DNA from: an uncultured delta proteobacterium | Lineage (GTDB): Bacteria > Desulfobacterota > Desulfobacteria > Desulfobacterales > SpSt-501 | Direction of reading: 5' to 3' | Assembly: GCA_963716785.1 (NCBI GenBank) | Contig: CAVQUW010000006.1 | Span: 7,810 to 71,809 of the forward strand | Length of the DNA: 64,000 nt | Shown here: piece after piece, positions 31,682 through 43,809 of the stretch | How positions within the stretch are numbered: the stretch's first letter is position 1 | Layout of the letters: each line of letters starts with the position of its first letter | Position numbers and translations under genes: made by a program | The notes under the pieces: model-generated | The model's input: the letters and a program-made list of their open reading frames with translations, nothing else | Told to the model about the DNA's origin: nothing | Database searches by the model: none

Positions 31682-32027
31682 CGGTGGTGCGTCGACCCCC
31701 TTTTATCGTGGCGGTCACAAGAACATCCCGGTTGCCGGACGTCATTTTGTTACCACCGCTGATACCGCCATCCTCATTTCCGGAACATAAAAATGACAAG
31801 CGGTATCACCCGAAACGGGCTACCCATATGCTCACATCTTTGGCCTGAAAAGTAAAGCGGGTTTGAGGGTGCCCCGCAGTCACGCGGCGCGGGGTGCCTT
31901 CGCTGCTGCGGCTGAAGACGAATTAAATCGGGGGTTGAAAAACCCGGGCGGCTCATGTATAAGAGCAGATTATTTTAAGAGCCATCAAGTCGAACCGGCA
32001 TGCCGCCACCCTACCCGGGATGGAAAA

Positions 32028-32534
32028 ATGAAGCGCATCGCACTGTGCGGCACCCTTGGGGTGCTTTTCGCCCTGATCGCATTGGCGCAGGGTTGGGCCA
32101 ATTCCCTGCCGATTGCCGACCGGGTCGTCATCCGCAAATCCGAGCGCAAGCTCTTCCTCGAAAAAGAGGGCCACGTCCTGCGCGAATACCCTGTTTCTCT
32201 GGGGATGAACCCCGTGGGGCACAAACAGCGCCGCGGCGACAAACGGACCCCGGAAGGCACGTATTTCATCAGCTACCGCCTGCCCGAGAGCATGTTCTAC
32301 AGGTCGCTTCACATCTCCTACCCCAACCCGACCGACGTCCGGACGGCCCGAGGGAAGGGATACGACCCGGGCGGGCTGATCATGATCCACGGCCTGCCCG
32401 ACGCCGCCGAAGGGGATGAGGAGGACTACATTCAGCGCGACTGGACCGACGGGTGCATCGCGGTCACCAACGACGCCATGGACCAGATCTGGAAGCTCGT
32501 CAAGAACGGCACCCCTGTCGAGATCCTGCCCTGA
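32028..32534 (+). CDS. L,D-transpeptidase family protein (YkuD/YafK-like)
   Basis: KSERKL, GDKRTPEG, SLHISYPN and IMIHG...WTDGCIA catalytic His/Cys. Confidence 0.88.
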   Translation: MKRIALCGTLGVLFALIALAQGWANSLPIADRVVIRKSERKLFLEKEGHVLREYPVSLGMNPVGHKQRRGDKRTPEGTYFISYRLPESMFYRSLHISYPNPTDVRTARGKGYDPGGLIMIHGLPDAAEGDEEDYIQRDWTDGCIAVTNDAMDQIWKLVKNGTPVEILP

Positions 32535-32628
32535 GCCGCCTCGCGGCGGGCCAAATGGGTGACGACCCCACCCCCGACCACCACCGCCGCGCCGTCATGC
32601 CCCCGGCCCCACGCCGCGGACCGGCCCG

Positions 32629-34348
32629 TCAGCCTCCCCCGCATCCCTGATCGTTCACCGGATCGTTTCTTTCGTTCAGCATCCGCAGCACTTCCTCGTC
32701 GCGATCATAGACATCGTCCCTGAAAAACAGGGTCCCGTCCTCCTCGACCAGCACCGTCATGTAGACGAGCATGATGGGCATGGGTTCCGACAAGCGGACC
32801 GTCTTGGGCTTCTTCGCGTGGATGGTTTGAAGGATCCGCTCCAGGCTCCATTTGACCGGGTCGTTCAGCAGCAGCTCCGCCAGCTCCAACGGCTTCTCCA
32901 CGCGCACACAACCGAAACTGAAGGCCCGCTGCCTGTCTTCGAAGGCCTCCCGTTCCGGCGTGTCGTGCAGGAAGATCATGAATTCGTTCGGGAAAAAGAA
33001 CTTGACGGCGCCCATGGGGTTGGTGGGGCCCGGCCCCTGGCGCAGCCGGTAAGGCAGGGTCCGGGCGGAGGTGGCCGCCCAGTCGATTCGCGCCGGATCG
33101 ACCGCCTTTCCCCCGGCGCCGACGACCGTGAACCCTTGCCGCTTCAGGTATCTCCGGGTCCTTGCGCGCCTCCGGCAGAATGAGCGCATCGAGAACGCCG
33201 GGGGGAACGGTCCAGGTGGGGTTCAACACCAGGTGGTCGATCCGCGACCGGAAGGAAGGGGTCTGCCGGACCGGCCCCCCGACCTGGATGCGCGACCGCC
33301 ACCTGATTTCGTGATCCCGGTAAAAGTAAACAAAAAAACCGGCGACATCGACAACCACGAACTTCGACGGGAGACGGTGAAGCACCCAGCGGGCCCGCTC
33401 GAGGTTGACCCTGATCTTGTCGATCCAGTGTGCGACCGGACGGTTGAGCTCGAGCAGGGCCGTTCGGTGAAGAGATGGGTCGATGCCGAGGTGGTTTCTG
33501 ATTTTGAACCGGACGATGCCCAATTCCAGTTCATCGTCGAACAGCTCGGGATCATTGCCCGGAACGGTCAAATCCCCCGTGAGCAGAAGCCTCTCTCTTA
33601 AAAGCGCCACGTCCGGGCTGCGCTCGCCTTTGACGAACCGGGCATGTTCCGGGATGGGTCTCCACCCCCCGCTCCGCTGCAGGTCGCGGTACACCGCCAG
33701 CGCGGTTCTCAGCTTGAGATAGTAGGGGACCTGCGGCTTGAGGTCATCCAGGAAATCAAACACCTTTCCGGAGCGAATGGCAGCCAACAGCAAAGGGACG
33801 GGGTCGCGATCGGCAATCTTGGAACCGAAGCCCCACGCCGGGTTGAGGCCCCGGGGGTTCGCCTTGCCGTAGAAGAGATGGTAGGCGAGCCGGATGAAAC
33901 TGTCGGTCAGCAGCAGATCCAAATTGGATGCCGCGTCGCTGTCGGTCTTGGCCGCCCCCCTGAGGCCGGCGCGCAGCCGCAGCAAATCTCCCAGGCGATA
34001 ATCCTCGGGGTCGAGACCGTCGTCATGGACGGCGTAAATGGCTTTGAAAAGCTGGTCCAGGGTCTCGGGGTCGACCCACAGGGGTTGATTGCCGTTCTTG
34101 CGGTAGAGCTCCGTCAGGATCGGGATCGATGAAATGCCGACCCCCGCGGCCTGCCCGTAGCCGGCGGCGAGACATTTTCTTATTTTTTCCCCGATTGCCG
34201 CCGCCGAGGGCTGCGTCCGCCCTGCCGCGGGCCAGGCGCCCCCGAGCACCAACAGCGCGAGCAGAAGCGCAGCCGATCGGGAAAAGCGTGGTTTCGGGCT
34301 TGGGGCCTCGACAGGGCAGGGAAAAAATTTGAACCGGAGTTCCTTCAT
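32629..34348 (-). CDS. L,D-transpeptidase YcbB/LdtD family, frameshift near 33170
   Basis: GLDPEDY, PG-binding segment, NLERARW, NPTWTVP, GPTNPMGAVKF, LHDTP and FSFGCVRV. Confidence 0.88.
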
Positions 34349-34494
34349 CCTGGATCGTTAAGCCCTCACCCGCACTTTCGATTCGCAACCACCGTGGTAC
34401 CCCCTGGCGGGAAAAAGGAACGAGCAACCGGCTCCCCGGCACCATCTGCCGACCGGACCGGCCGTACCCGCCGCCTGGCACGCCCACCGCGATC

Positions 34495-35785
34495 TTACTG
34501 CATGTCCTCGGGCTGACCGGTGCTGGTCAGGACGCTGCTCCAGACCCAGCTCCGGGGGTTCACCATTTTGCGCTCGGAGACGGCCAGCGGGATCGGCACG
34601 TGGGTGAAGGTGTTCATCCAGTACCCCACGACGGTGTTGGTGCGGCCTGCCATGCCCGCGTGCACCGCGTTTTGCCCGAGCAGCAGGCAGAAGGCCGAGT
34701 CGTAGGCGTTGGCGGGCACCCCCCGGATGGTGTAACTCGGGTCGATGTACTTCAAGGTGGCGTCCATGCCGATGCCGTCGAAGTAGTCGTTGATCCGGTC
34801 CCGCAGGAACAGCCCGATGTCGTTGAATTTGACGTTGCCCGAAGCATCCCGCCCCCGGGTGTCCCCGGTCAGCTCCTGTCCGGCGCCCTCGGCCACGACG
34901 ATCACCGCGTGCCCGCGGCTTTGCAGACGCTCCCGGACGACCTCGAACAGCCGCTCCAGATGTGAACGGCACCTCCGGGATCAGGCAGAAGTTGACGTCG
35001 CTGCGGGCCAGCGAGGCGAACACGGCGATGAACCCGGACTGCCGCCCCATGAGCTTCACCAGGCCGATCCCGTTGCGGGCCCCCTTGGCCTCGGCGTGCG
35101 CCGCGTCGATGGCCTTCACCGCCTCGGACACGGCCGTCTCGAAGCCGAACGAGCGCTCCACGAACGAGATGTCGTTGTCGATGGTCTTGGGGATGGCGAT
35201 CACGCTGATCTTCAGACCCCGCCGCCGGATCTCCTCGGCGATGGCCTGAGCGCCGCGCAGGGTGCCGTCGCCGCCGACCGCAAACAGGATCCCCATGTTC
35301 ATGCGATCCAGGGTGTCGACCATCTCGACGGTGTCCTGAGGCCCCCGGGACGACCCCAGGATGGTCCCGCCGTATTCGTGGATGCGGCTCACGGCCTCCG
35401 GGTTAAGCTCCATGGGGGCGTGTCCGTGGTGGTGAGTGAGCCCCTCGAAGCCGTAGGGAAACCCGAAGACGGTTTTGACCTTGTAGTTGTGGAACAGGCT
35501 CAAAACGATGGCGCGGATGACGTCGTTCAACCCCGGGCACAACCCTCCGCAGGTGACGATGCCGCACTTCAGCTTGGAGGGGTCGAAGAAAATTTTCTCC
35601 CGCGGACCGGCCTTCTCGAAAGCCAGGAGCCCCTTTCCGCCGTCCAGCATCGATTTGAGGAGGTCCGGGTTCGAGTGCAGGACCACCCTTTCGCCGTCGT
35701 TTATGAACTGAATGCCGGCGACGGGGCTTTGGATGCGGCACCCCCCGATCCTCTGGACTTCGAAATCGTCTGGTTTCAGTTCCAT
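34495..35785 (-). CDS. pfkA: ATP-dependent 6-phosphofructokinase, clade X (copy 2), frameshift near 34960
   Basis: Same motifs as copy 1. Split between ORFs 34358..35785 and 34495..34905. Confidence 0.9.
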
Positions 35786-35789
35786 GGTC

Positions 35790-36605
35790 TCAATGACCGA
35801 TGCGCTTCTCGCCGCAGAACACCATCAATTCGGATTCCTTGTCGACACAGGCGAGGGTCATGTTGAGGGCTTTTCCCATCTCGGCGGCAAGCGCGGTCGG
35901 CCTTGACATGCTGATCAGAATCGGCAGACGCGCCCTGGCCGCTTTCTGGACCAATTCAAAGCTGATCCTTGAGGAGAGAACGAGAAGGACGGCCTCGGGC
36001 AGCTTCCGGTTGACAAAGACCTTCCCGATGGCCTTGTCGAGCGCGTTGTGCCGGCCGACATCCTCGGCAAAAGAGATCACCTCCAGCTGGTCGTCAAATA
36101 TCATCGCCGCGTGCGACCCCCTCGTCCTGCGGTAGAAACTCTGGTTTTCCGAAAGCTTGCCGATGCAGTCGAGAATGCGGTTGATTTCAACCCTGAGGGC
36201 CGTTTTCGGCCGGAGTCAATACCTGATAAAGATCCTTGACCATTTCCTTGCCGCAAATGCCGCAGCTGGTCTGGCTGACAAAGCCTCGCTGCTCTCGAGA
36301 AGATCGTGTATTTTTTCGCGCCGCTCGGGCTTGAGCCGGATCTCGACGACATTCGGGTCGAGATCCGCGCAGTGCCCGAGGGTGAGGAAGTCGTCCGGGG
36401 AGTCCGCAATCCCCTCACCGAGGCAGAACCCGGCCGCGTGGAACAACTCCTCCCCGGGGGTTCTCATCACCACGGAATAAGGCTTGCCGTCGATGCGGAT
36501 CAACAGGGGTTCCTCCCCGATCAACTCGTGGGTCCCCGTTCGGGTCCCCCCCTTGTCGAACCGGATCACCTTGTGGGAGGCGGTGTTTTTAATGGTGGCG
36601 TCCAA
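35790..36605 (-). CDS. fdhD: Formate dehydrogenase accessory sulfurtransferase FdhD, frameshifted
   Basis: EEPL, VMRTPG, AAGFCLGEG, SCGICGK (alternate frame), EDVGRHNALDKAIG and SSRISFELVQKA. Confidence 0.88.
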
Positions 36606-36743
36606 TGGTCAACGATCCTTGCGTACGGGATGTGTCCGCGCTTTCGCGGGCAGCCGTAAAAGCCGCCGGCCGGCCGGCTGCCTGACCCGGTTTTGGGATT
36701 GGGGATTTTCCGTCGGATGCGGGTGAGCGGTCAGGACCCCGGC

Positions 36744-37359
36744 TCATTCCCCCGGCCCGTTTTGGCGCTCGGGCGGGGGAGGCGTCAGTGAATGCGTCAA
36801 GGCAAACGCCGCTTGCAGATAGGATGTGGGGCAAAGCGGAAAGCACTCTTTGCAGTCCCAGCACACCTTGGAGGCGATCTCCGGGATGAAATTGATCTCT
36901 TTTCGGATCCCCCTGTCGACAAACCCGACGGCGTTCTCCTTCTTGATCTCGGCACAGTATCTGACGCAGAGGCCGCAATGAATGCAAAACGAGGTCTCTT
37001 TCTGAAAACGGTCTCTGTCGGCCCCATATTCCTTGGCCAGCTCCTTCAGCTCCGGGGCATCCGGGGCATGGGCCATCAGCAGCTCGATGATCATTTTGCG
37101 GATTCGGTCGATCTTGGCGGATCCTGGTTCTGACCACGAGATTTTCCGCCACCGTGTAGACGCAGGCGACAGCGAGGTTGGTCCAGCCGCGGGCTTCCAC
37201 TTCGACCGTGCACAGCCGGCAGCCCCCATGGGGCTCCAATTTTTCGTGGTGGCAGAGCGTGGGGATTTTGATCCCGGCGCTCCGGGCGGCCTCCAGGAGG
37301 GTCATCCCCTCTTTGGCCTGGACTTCTTTTCCGTCGATCTGCAAAAGGATATCGCTCAT
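36744..37359 (-). CDS. bamI: Class II benzoyl-CoA reductase subunit BamI (NuoG-like Fe-S), frameshift near 37125
   Basis: [27 protein letters not shown] and [12 protein letters not shown]; last gene of the bam cluster. Confidence 0.8.
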
Positions 37360-39285
37360 TTTTCCTTGCTCTTTCTGGTGATCATTCTTTCTTCTTCAGG
37401 GATCGGAGGCGGAACGGGCGCGCCGGAAATTTTCTTCACCGCGGCAAAGCGTGAAGGGCAGACTTCGTGGCAGGTCCCGCACTTGGTGCACTTCTCCTGG
37501 AGGACCACATGGATTTTGTTTTTACCGCCTGAAATCGCGTCGGCCGGGCACTTCCGGGCGCAAATCATACAGGCCGTGCACCGGGCAGGGTCGATGTGAT
37601 ACGCGATCAGCTCCTTGCAGGACAAGGCCGGGCACTTTTTCTCCTTGATGTGGGCTTCGTACTCGTCTCTGAAGTAGCGCAGCGTGCTCAGAAACGGGTT
37701 GGGGGCGCTTTTGCCCAAGGCGCACAGGGAGGCCTCGCAGGCCACCTCGGAGAGCCCTTCCAAAAGCTCGATGTCGCCCTCCTTGCCCTCCCCCCGGGTG
37801 ATGCGGGTGAGGATCTTCAGCATCTGCCGCAAGCCCTCGCGGCAGGGGACGCATTTGCCGCACGATTCATCCGTGAGGAAGTCGATGAAGTACCTGGCCA
37901 CATCGACCATGCAGGTATCCTCATCCATGACGATCATCCCGCCCGAGCCCATCATCGAACCGGCTTGCGTGAGTTCGTCGAAACCGACTTCCAGGTCCAG
38001 CAGCGCCTCGGGGATGCATCCCCCGGACGGCCCCCCGGTCTGCACGGCTTTGAACCGCTTGCCGCCCGGGATTCCGCCGCCGATCTTGTAGATGATGTCC
38101 TTCAGGGGCATGCCCATCGGGACTTCCACGAGCCCGGTGTTGGTGATCTTGCCGACCAGGGAGAAAATCTTCGTGCCTTTGCTTTTTTCCGTGCCCAACC
38201 GGGTAAACCAGTCGGCGCCCTTGTTGACGATCAGCGGCACATTCGCCCATGTCTCGACGTTGTTGAGCACGCTGGGTCTTTCCCACAGGCCCTTGATGTT
38301 GGATCGGACGTACTTCGGCCGGGGTTCCCCCGCCCGGCCTTCCAAGGCCGTCATCAGGGCGGTGGACTCACCGCAGACGAAGGCACCGGCCCCCTGGTGG
38401 ACGATCACCTTGAAATCGAAGCCCGAGCCGAGGATGTTCTTCCCGAGAAAACCATACTCCTCGGCCTGCTTGATGGCGATGTGCACGTTCTCCACCGCCA
38501 GGGGGTATTCCTGGCGGACGTAAATGTAGCCCTCCCGGGCGCCGATGGTATAGCCCCCGATGATCAGCCCCTCGAGGACCGAGTGGGGGTTGCCTTCGAG
38601 GAGCGCCCTGTCCATGTAGGCCCCGGGGTCGCCCTCGTCCGCGTTGACGATCACATATTTGACGTCGTCCGGGGCATTGCGGGACCCTTCCCACTTTCTG
38701 CCCGCCGGAAAACCGCCGCCGCCTCGGCCTCTCAGGTTGGATTTTTTGACTTGCTCCAGCACCTGGTCGGAGGTCATCTCGCACGAGGGCCTTGGCCAAG
38801 GCCGAATAACCGCCGATGGCGAGATAGTCGTCGATCTTCTTGGGGTCGATCGCGCCGTTTGAGCCGAAAACAAGCCGCTCCTGGTGCTTGTAGAAGGGGA
38901 TTTCGGATTCGTGAACGATCTTTTCCTTGGTGCCGGGCTCGGTGTAGAGCAAGCGCTCGATGACCTTCTTTTCCTTCATGGTCCGGGAGACGATTTCCGG
39001 GACATCCTTGGGCTCGATTTGGAGATAACAGGTTTCCTCGGGGTGGATGACGATGATGGGGCCCCGCTCGCAGAACCCGTGGCAGCCGGTCCTGCGGATG
39101 TCCACCGCGGCGCTCAAGCCCTGGTTCTTGATCTCCTCTTCGAGGCTCGCAGCGACTTCGCGGCTGCCTGAAGCTTGGCACGCAGACCCGGAACAAAGGG
39201 TGATACAGGGTTTGTTCGGGTCTCTCTGCGACAGGATACCCTTTCGGAGCGCTTCCAGTTCCGATGGTGACTTTATCCGCGACAT
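37356..39285 (-). CDS. bamH: BamH (NuoF-like NAD(H)/FMN-binding Fe-S subunit), frameshift near 38781
   Basis: [54 protein letters not shown] and a C-terminal 2x[4Fe-4S] domain. Confidence 0.85.
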
Positions 39286-39294
39286 GGCATCATC

Positions 39295-39747
39295 CTACTC
39301 ATAGTTTTTCAAGACGTCGGCCGCCCCGGCCGGCGCCATCTTGCCGTGGGTCTTGCCGCCGATTTCCATCACCGGTCCCAGGGCACAGCAGCCGAGGCAG
39401 TTGACGGTTTCCAGGCTGAACTTCAGATCCAGGTCCGTTTCGCCGGGTTTGATCCCCGTCAGTTCCTGCACCGTGTCGAGAATGCGCGACGCGCCGCGGA
39501 CATGGCAGGCCGTGCCCATGCAGATGTGAACCCGATGGCGGCCCTTGGGGACCAAACTGAATGCCTTGTAAAAGGTGGCGATGTGCTGGATCCGGGTCAG
39601 GGGGACCTGCAATCTTTCGCCGACCCGCTTTAGCGCCTCCGTGGGAAGCCAATGATTTTCGCTTTGAATCTCAAGCAGTATCTGGATGAGCGCGCTGGCT
39701 TCGCCCTGATATTTGTCTATGATCTGATCGACTCGCCCGTTGTCCAT
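39295..39747 (-). CDS. bamG: BamG (NuoE-like 2Fe-2S subunit)
   Basis: ATFYKAF, ICMGTACHVRG and VNCLGCCALGP; ATG at 39747. Confidence 0.85.
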   Translation of the reverse strand: MDNGRVDQIIDKYQGEASALIQILLEIQSENHWLPTEALKRVGERLQVPLTRIQHIATFYKAFSLVPKGRHRVHICMGTACHVRGASRILDTVQELTGIKPGETDLDLKFSLETVNCLGCCALGPVMEIGGKTHGKMAPAGAADVLKNYE

Positions 39748-39784
39748 AATCGTTTTCCTCACTTCTTTGCCTCTGACCAAGAGA

Positions 39785-40568
39785 TCAAGCCCTTCCACCT
39801 TGGGCGAGAACATAGCATTTGCGGCCGACATCGTAGCGGACCAGCCCCTGCCGCGACGAGCTCTTCATGTGCCGCGACACCTCCGAGGGGGTCAGTCCCA
39901 CAAGCTCGGCGATTTCCCCGGTGGACAGGGGGCTTTGCTTCAGGTGCAGCAGGATTTGGCTGACCGACAACTTGTCGATGATCAATTCACGAATCAGCCG
40001 ATCGACCTCGTCGCTGGTGAAAAACCGGTGATACTCCGCCTCCGACTTGAAAGGCGCCCTCAGCTTCTCCCTTTCGACCAGCTTGATGTAGGGGACCAGT
40101 TGGGTGGCCGCTTCGAGCTTCAATTTCAGTACATTTGCCTCGATGCCCTCGCTTTGGCCGAGAGGCCCGATCTCCTTCACCTGCTTGACGAATGCATTCG
40201 AGACTTCGGCAAGACGCAGGCCGTCGCTCGAGGACATGAATTCGATCCTCAGCCGTTCCGGATCGAGGCCGATGTGCTCCATTATTTTTTTGCACAGAAA
40301 CACATTGCCCAAGGCGTCGTAATTGCCGTGGGTGATGTAATTGCACTCATTCAGGCGGCAGCCGCCGATGAGCACCCCGTCCGCCCGATTGGAGAAGGCC
40401 CTGAGTATGAATTCCAGGTCGACTCTGCCGGAACACATGACGCGGATCAGCCTGATGTCGGGCGAATATTGCAGTCTGGAAACTCCAGCCAGGTCAGCAG
40501 CGCCGTATGCTCACCAGTGGCAGACGAAACTCAATATTTTTGGCTTGAAATGTCAGTCGGGTGCTCAT
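39785..40568 (-). CDS. bamF: BamF (MvhD-like selenoprotein); Sec UGA at 40511-40513, indel near 40550
   Basis: FKPKILSFVCHW-U-AYGAADLAG is in frame with IRVMCSGRVD and GGCRLNECNY; C-terminal HTH-like tail. Confidence 0.85.
40476..40488 (-). other. Putative bacterial SECIS hairpin of bamF (CUGGA-GUU-UCCAG)
   Basis: Stem-loop with G in the apical loop, about 22 nt 3' of the in-frame UGA. Confidence 0.6.
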
Positions 40569-40653
40569 TCGTCCTCAACTCCTTCGTTTGGTAGTCCCGG
40601 CCTTGCTCCACTCGAGTCAGTTCCGCACGTCTCCGGCCGTCGCCCCCATCCGT

Positions 40654-43600
40654 CTATGGGGAGGTCTCTTCCTCCGGAAACGCCGCGTCGATTTGGCCCA
40701 AGAGCTCCTCATCGGTGAAGTGTTTCAGGAAGATGGCGTTGGTCGGGCATTTTGCGGTGCAGACCCCGTCCCCTTTGCAGAGAACGGGGTTGACCCAGGC
40801 CTTTCTGCCCTGTGATGTCTCACGAAAATCGATGGCACCGTAGCTGCAGGCGGTGATGCAGGCCCCGCACGACACGCAGTCGCTGTCCTTCACCTCGCAA
40901 ACGGAGCCTGAGACCGTGACGATTTCATGGGAGAGCAGGGTCAAGGCCCGGCTGGCGGCGCCATATGCCTGGTTGATCACCTCCGGGATGTGCTTGGGGT
41001 AGTGGGCCGTCCCGCACAGGAAAACGCCGTCCGTGACGAATTCAACCGGCTTTAACTTGACATGGGCTTCTTTGAAAAAGCCGTCCGGCCCCAGGGGGAC
41101 CTTGAACAATTGAGCCAGTTCACTGTTCCCCGCGCCGGGAATGACCGCGGCGGCCAGCGAAAGGAAGTCGGCATCGATGGCCAGTTCCTTGCCCAAAATG
41201 GGGTCGTTCACGCAGACCCTCAACACCGGCCGGCCCTCCGGCGTGAGCGGCTTCCACCCGGGGCTTGGCATCGGGCTCGAAACGGATGAATTTGACATCG
41301 CTGTCTGACGCTTCACGGTAGTAATCTTCCGCGAACCCATAGGAGCGGATGTCCCGGAAGAGGATGTAGATGTCCATCCGGGGATTGATCTTTTTCAGTT
41401 TCAGGGCGTTTTTGATGGACTGGTTGCAGCAGATCCGGGCGCAGTAATTGCGATCTGCCTGCCGGCAGCCGACACACTGGATCATCACCAGGCTCTGGGA
41501 GCTCAAAAGCCCTTCATCGCCCTTGACGATCCGCGCCTCCAGCTCGAGGTTGGTCATCACCCTGTCGTCTTCCCCGTACAGGTATTCGCCCGGGCGTGTG
41601 GGCTTCGGCGCCGACGGCGATGACGGTGGCGCCGTGTTTGATCTCCGTGTGCCCTCTTTCCGATGTCACCGTGGTCAGGAAATTGCCGACATAACCGGTG
41701 GCCTCGGTGATGGTGGCATCGGTATACACATGGATCAAGGGGTGCTGATAGACCTGGCGCACGAGATCGCGCACGATATGCCTGAACATCCATCCCATCG
41801 AGGGTGTAGTGGATGTTTCTGGCCATGCCCCCCAGCTCCGAGTCCTTTTCCAGCAGGTAACACCCCGTGCCCCTGTTTGGCGATGGAGAGCGCGCAGGTC
41901 ATGCCGGCCAGGCCGCCACCCACCACCAGCGCCGACTTGTTGACCGGCAGATCGATTTCCTGCAAAGGCTCGAGGTGGCAGGCGCGGGCGATCGCACATC
42001 CGGGTGATGTCCTTGGCCTTTTGGGTGGCCTCTTCCTTTTCGCGCGCGTGGACCCAGGAGCAGTGCTCCCTGATATTGGCCATCTCGAAGTAGTGCTGGT
42101 TGATACCCGCCTCCCGCAGCGTGTCCCGGAACAGCGGCTCCAGCGTCCTGGGGGAGCAGGCCGCGACCACCACGCGGTTGAGCCCTTTTTCGCGAATCGT
42201 CGCCGCGATCGACTGGGCGGAATCGGTCGCGCAGGAAAACAGCTGTTCCTGGGCGTGCACCACGTTGCCCAGGGTCAGGGAGTAGTCCACCACGGAGGGG
42301 ACATCGACCACCCTGCCGATATTGGCGCCGCAGTGGCAGACAAAGACCCCCACCCGGGCCTCTTCTTCGGAGACATCCTTTTCCGGGGGGTAGACCCTTT
42401 CCCGGGAGAGCTTGCCGCGCCGGTAGTCGAGGAATTCACCGCACTGGGAACCGGCCCCGCTGGCGGAAAAAACCGACTCGGGGATGTCCATGGGGCTCTG
42501 GAAGGCCCCGCTGACGAAGACCCCGGGCCGGGTGGTCCGCATGGGGTTGAGGGGCGTCGTTTTGCAGAAATGGTGGGAATTGAGCTCGATACCGAACTTG
42601 CGCGCCAGACCCTCATAGTCGGCCGGGGGGTTCAACCCGACGGACAACACCACCATGTCGAACTCTTCTTCGATGACGCCGGCGTCGGGGGTGGCGTATC
42701 GGACAAACACATTCCTGCTTTCCGGGTCCTCTCTGACAATGGAGACATAGCTTCTGATGAAACGGGTGTCGGGCAGCTGCTCCGCTCTTTGGTAAAAGGT
42801 CTCGAAGTCCTTCCCGTAGGAGCGGATGTCGTTATGGAATATCGTGCACTCCGCCTCCGCGTTATGATCCTTGGTCAGAATCACCTGTTTTTGAGTGTAG
42901 GTGCAGCACACGGCGGAGCAGTAGCTGTTGTTGCCCGGGGTGACCCGCCGGGAACCGATGCATTGAATCCAGGCGATTTTATGGGGGTGCTTCCGGTCGG
43001 AGCCGCGCAGTACCTGACCCTCGTAAGGCCCGGTGGCGCACAACAGCCTCTCGAAGTCCATGCTGGTGACCACGTTCTGCATCTTGCCGTAGCCGTACTC
43101 CTCGCACACCTTGGGGTCGAACGGCTCGAGGCCGGGGGAGAGGATGATGGCGCCGACGTTGACATCGATCTTCTCCGGTTTTTGCTGAAAATCGATGGCT
43201 TTGTTCTTGCAGACGTTTTCGCAGATGCGGCACTTCTTCTCTTTCAGGTAAAGACAGCTCTGATCGATGTAGGCGACGAGCGGAATGGCCTGGGAAAAGT
43301 AAATGTGGACGGCCTTGTTCTGCGATATCTCCTGGTTGAATTTGTCCGGGTAATGAACCGGGCAGTACTCGGCGCAGGTCGCACAACCCGTGCACTTGTC
43401 CTCGATGATGTACCGGGGGTTCTTGACCAGCGAAACCCTGAAATCCCCCGCCTCCCCTTCGACACGCTCGACTTCAGTGTGCGTCAGGACCTCTATGTTC
43501 GGATGCCGGCCGACCTCGACCAGTTTGGGCGAGAGTATTCACATGGAACAGTCATTGGTCGGAAAGGTCTTGTCGAGCTGGGCCATGTGGCCGCCGATGG

Positions 43601-43769
43601 CGGGGGCCTTCTCGATCAGGTACACCTTGAACCCCGAGGCGGCAAGATCGAGGGAGGCCTGAATGCCGCTGATCCCGCCACCCACGACCATGACATCCCC
43701 AAAATTCCTGTCTACAAGAGTTTGGCGAAGCTGTTGGACTTTTTCTTGTAGCCCCTGTTCTTTTTCCAC
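40654..43769 (-). CDS. bamE: BamE (HdrA-like flavin/Fe-S subunit) with Sec UGA at 43539-43541; several frameshifts
   Basis: [58 protein letters not shown], a second GGGLAG, IQCVGCR and ferredoxin motifs. Confidence 0.85.
43508..43521 (-). other. Putative SECIS hairpin of bamE (GGUCGA-GG-UCGGCC)
   Basis: G-containing stem-loop about 17 nt downstream of the in-frame UGA. Confidence 0.55.
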
Positions 43770-43809
43770 TTTCTATCCCCTCATCAGGTTTCTGGTGATG
43801 AAAACCGTT

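Noticed and set aside
36744-39747. NuoEFG-like genes as complex I or a hydrogenase
   Set aside because: No membrane Nuo or hydrogenase catalytic subunits are present; the position matches bamGHI.
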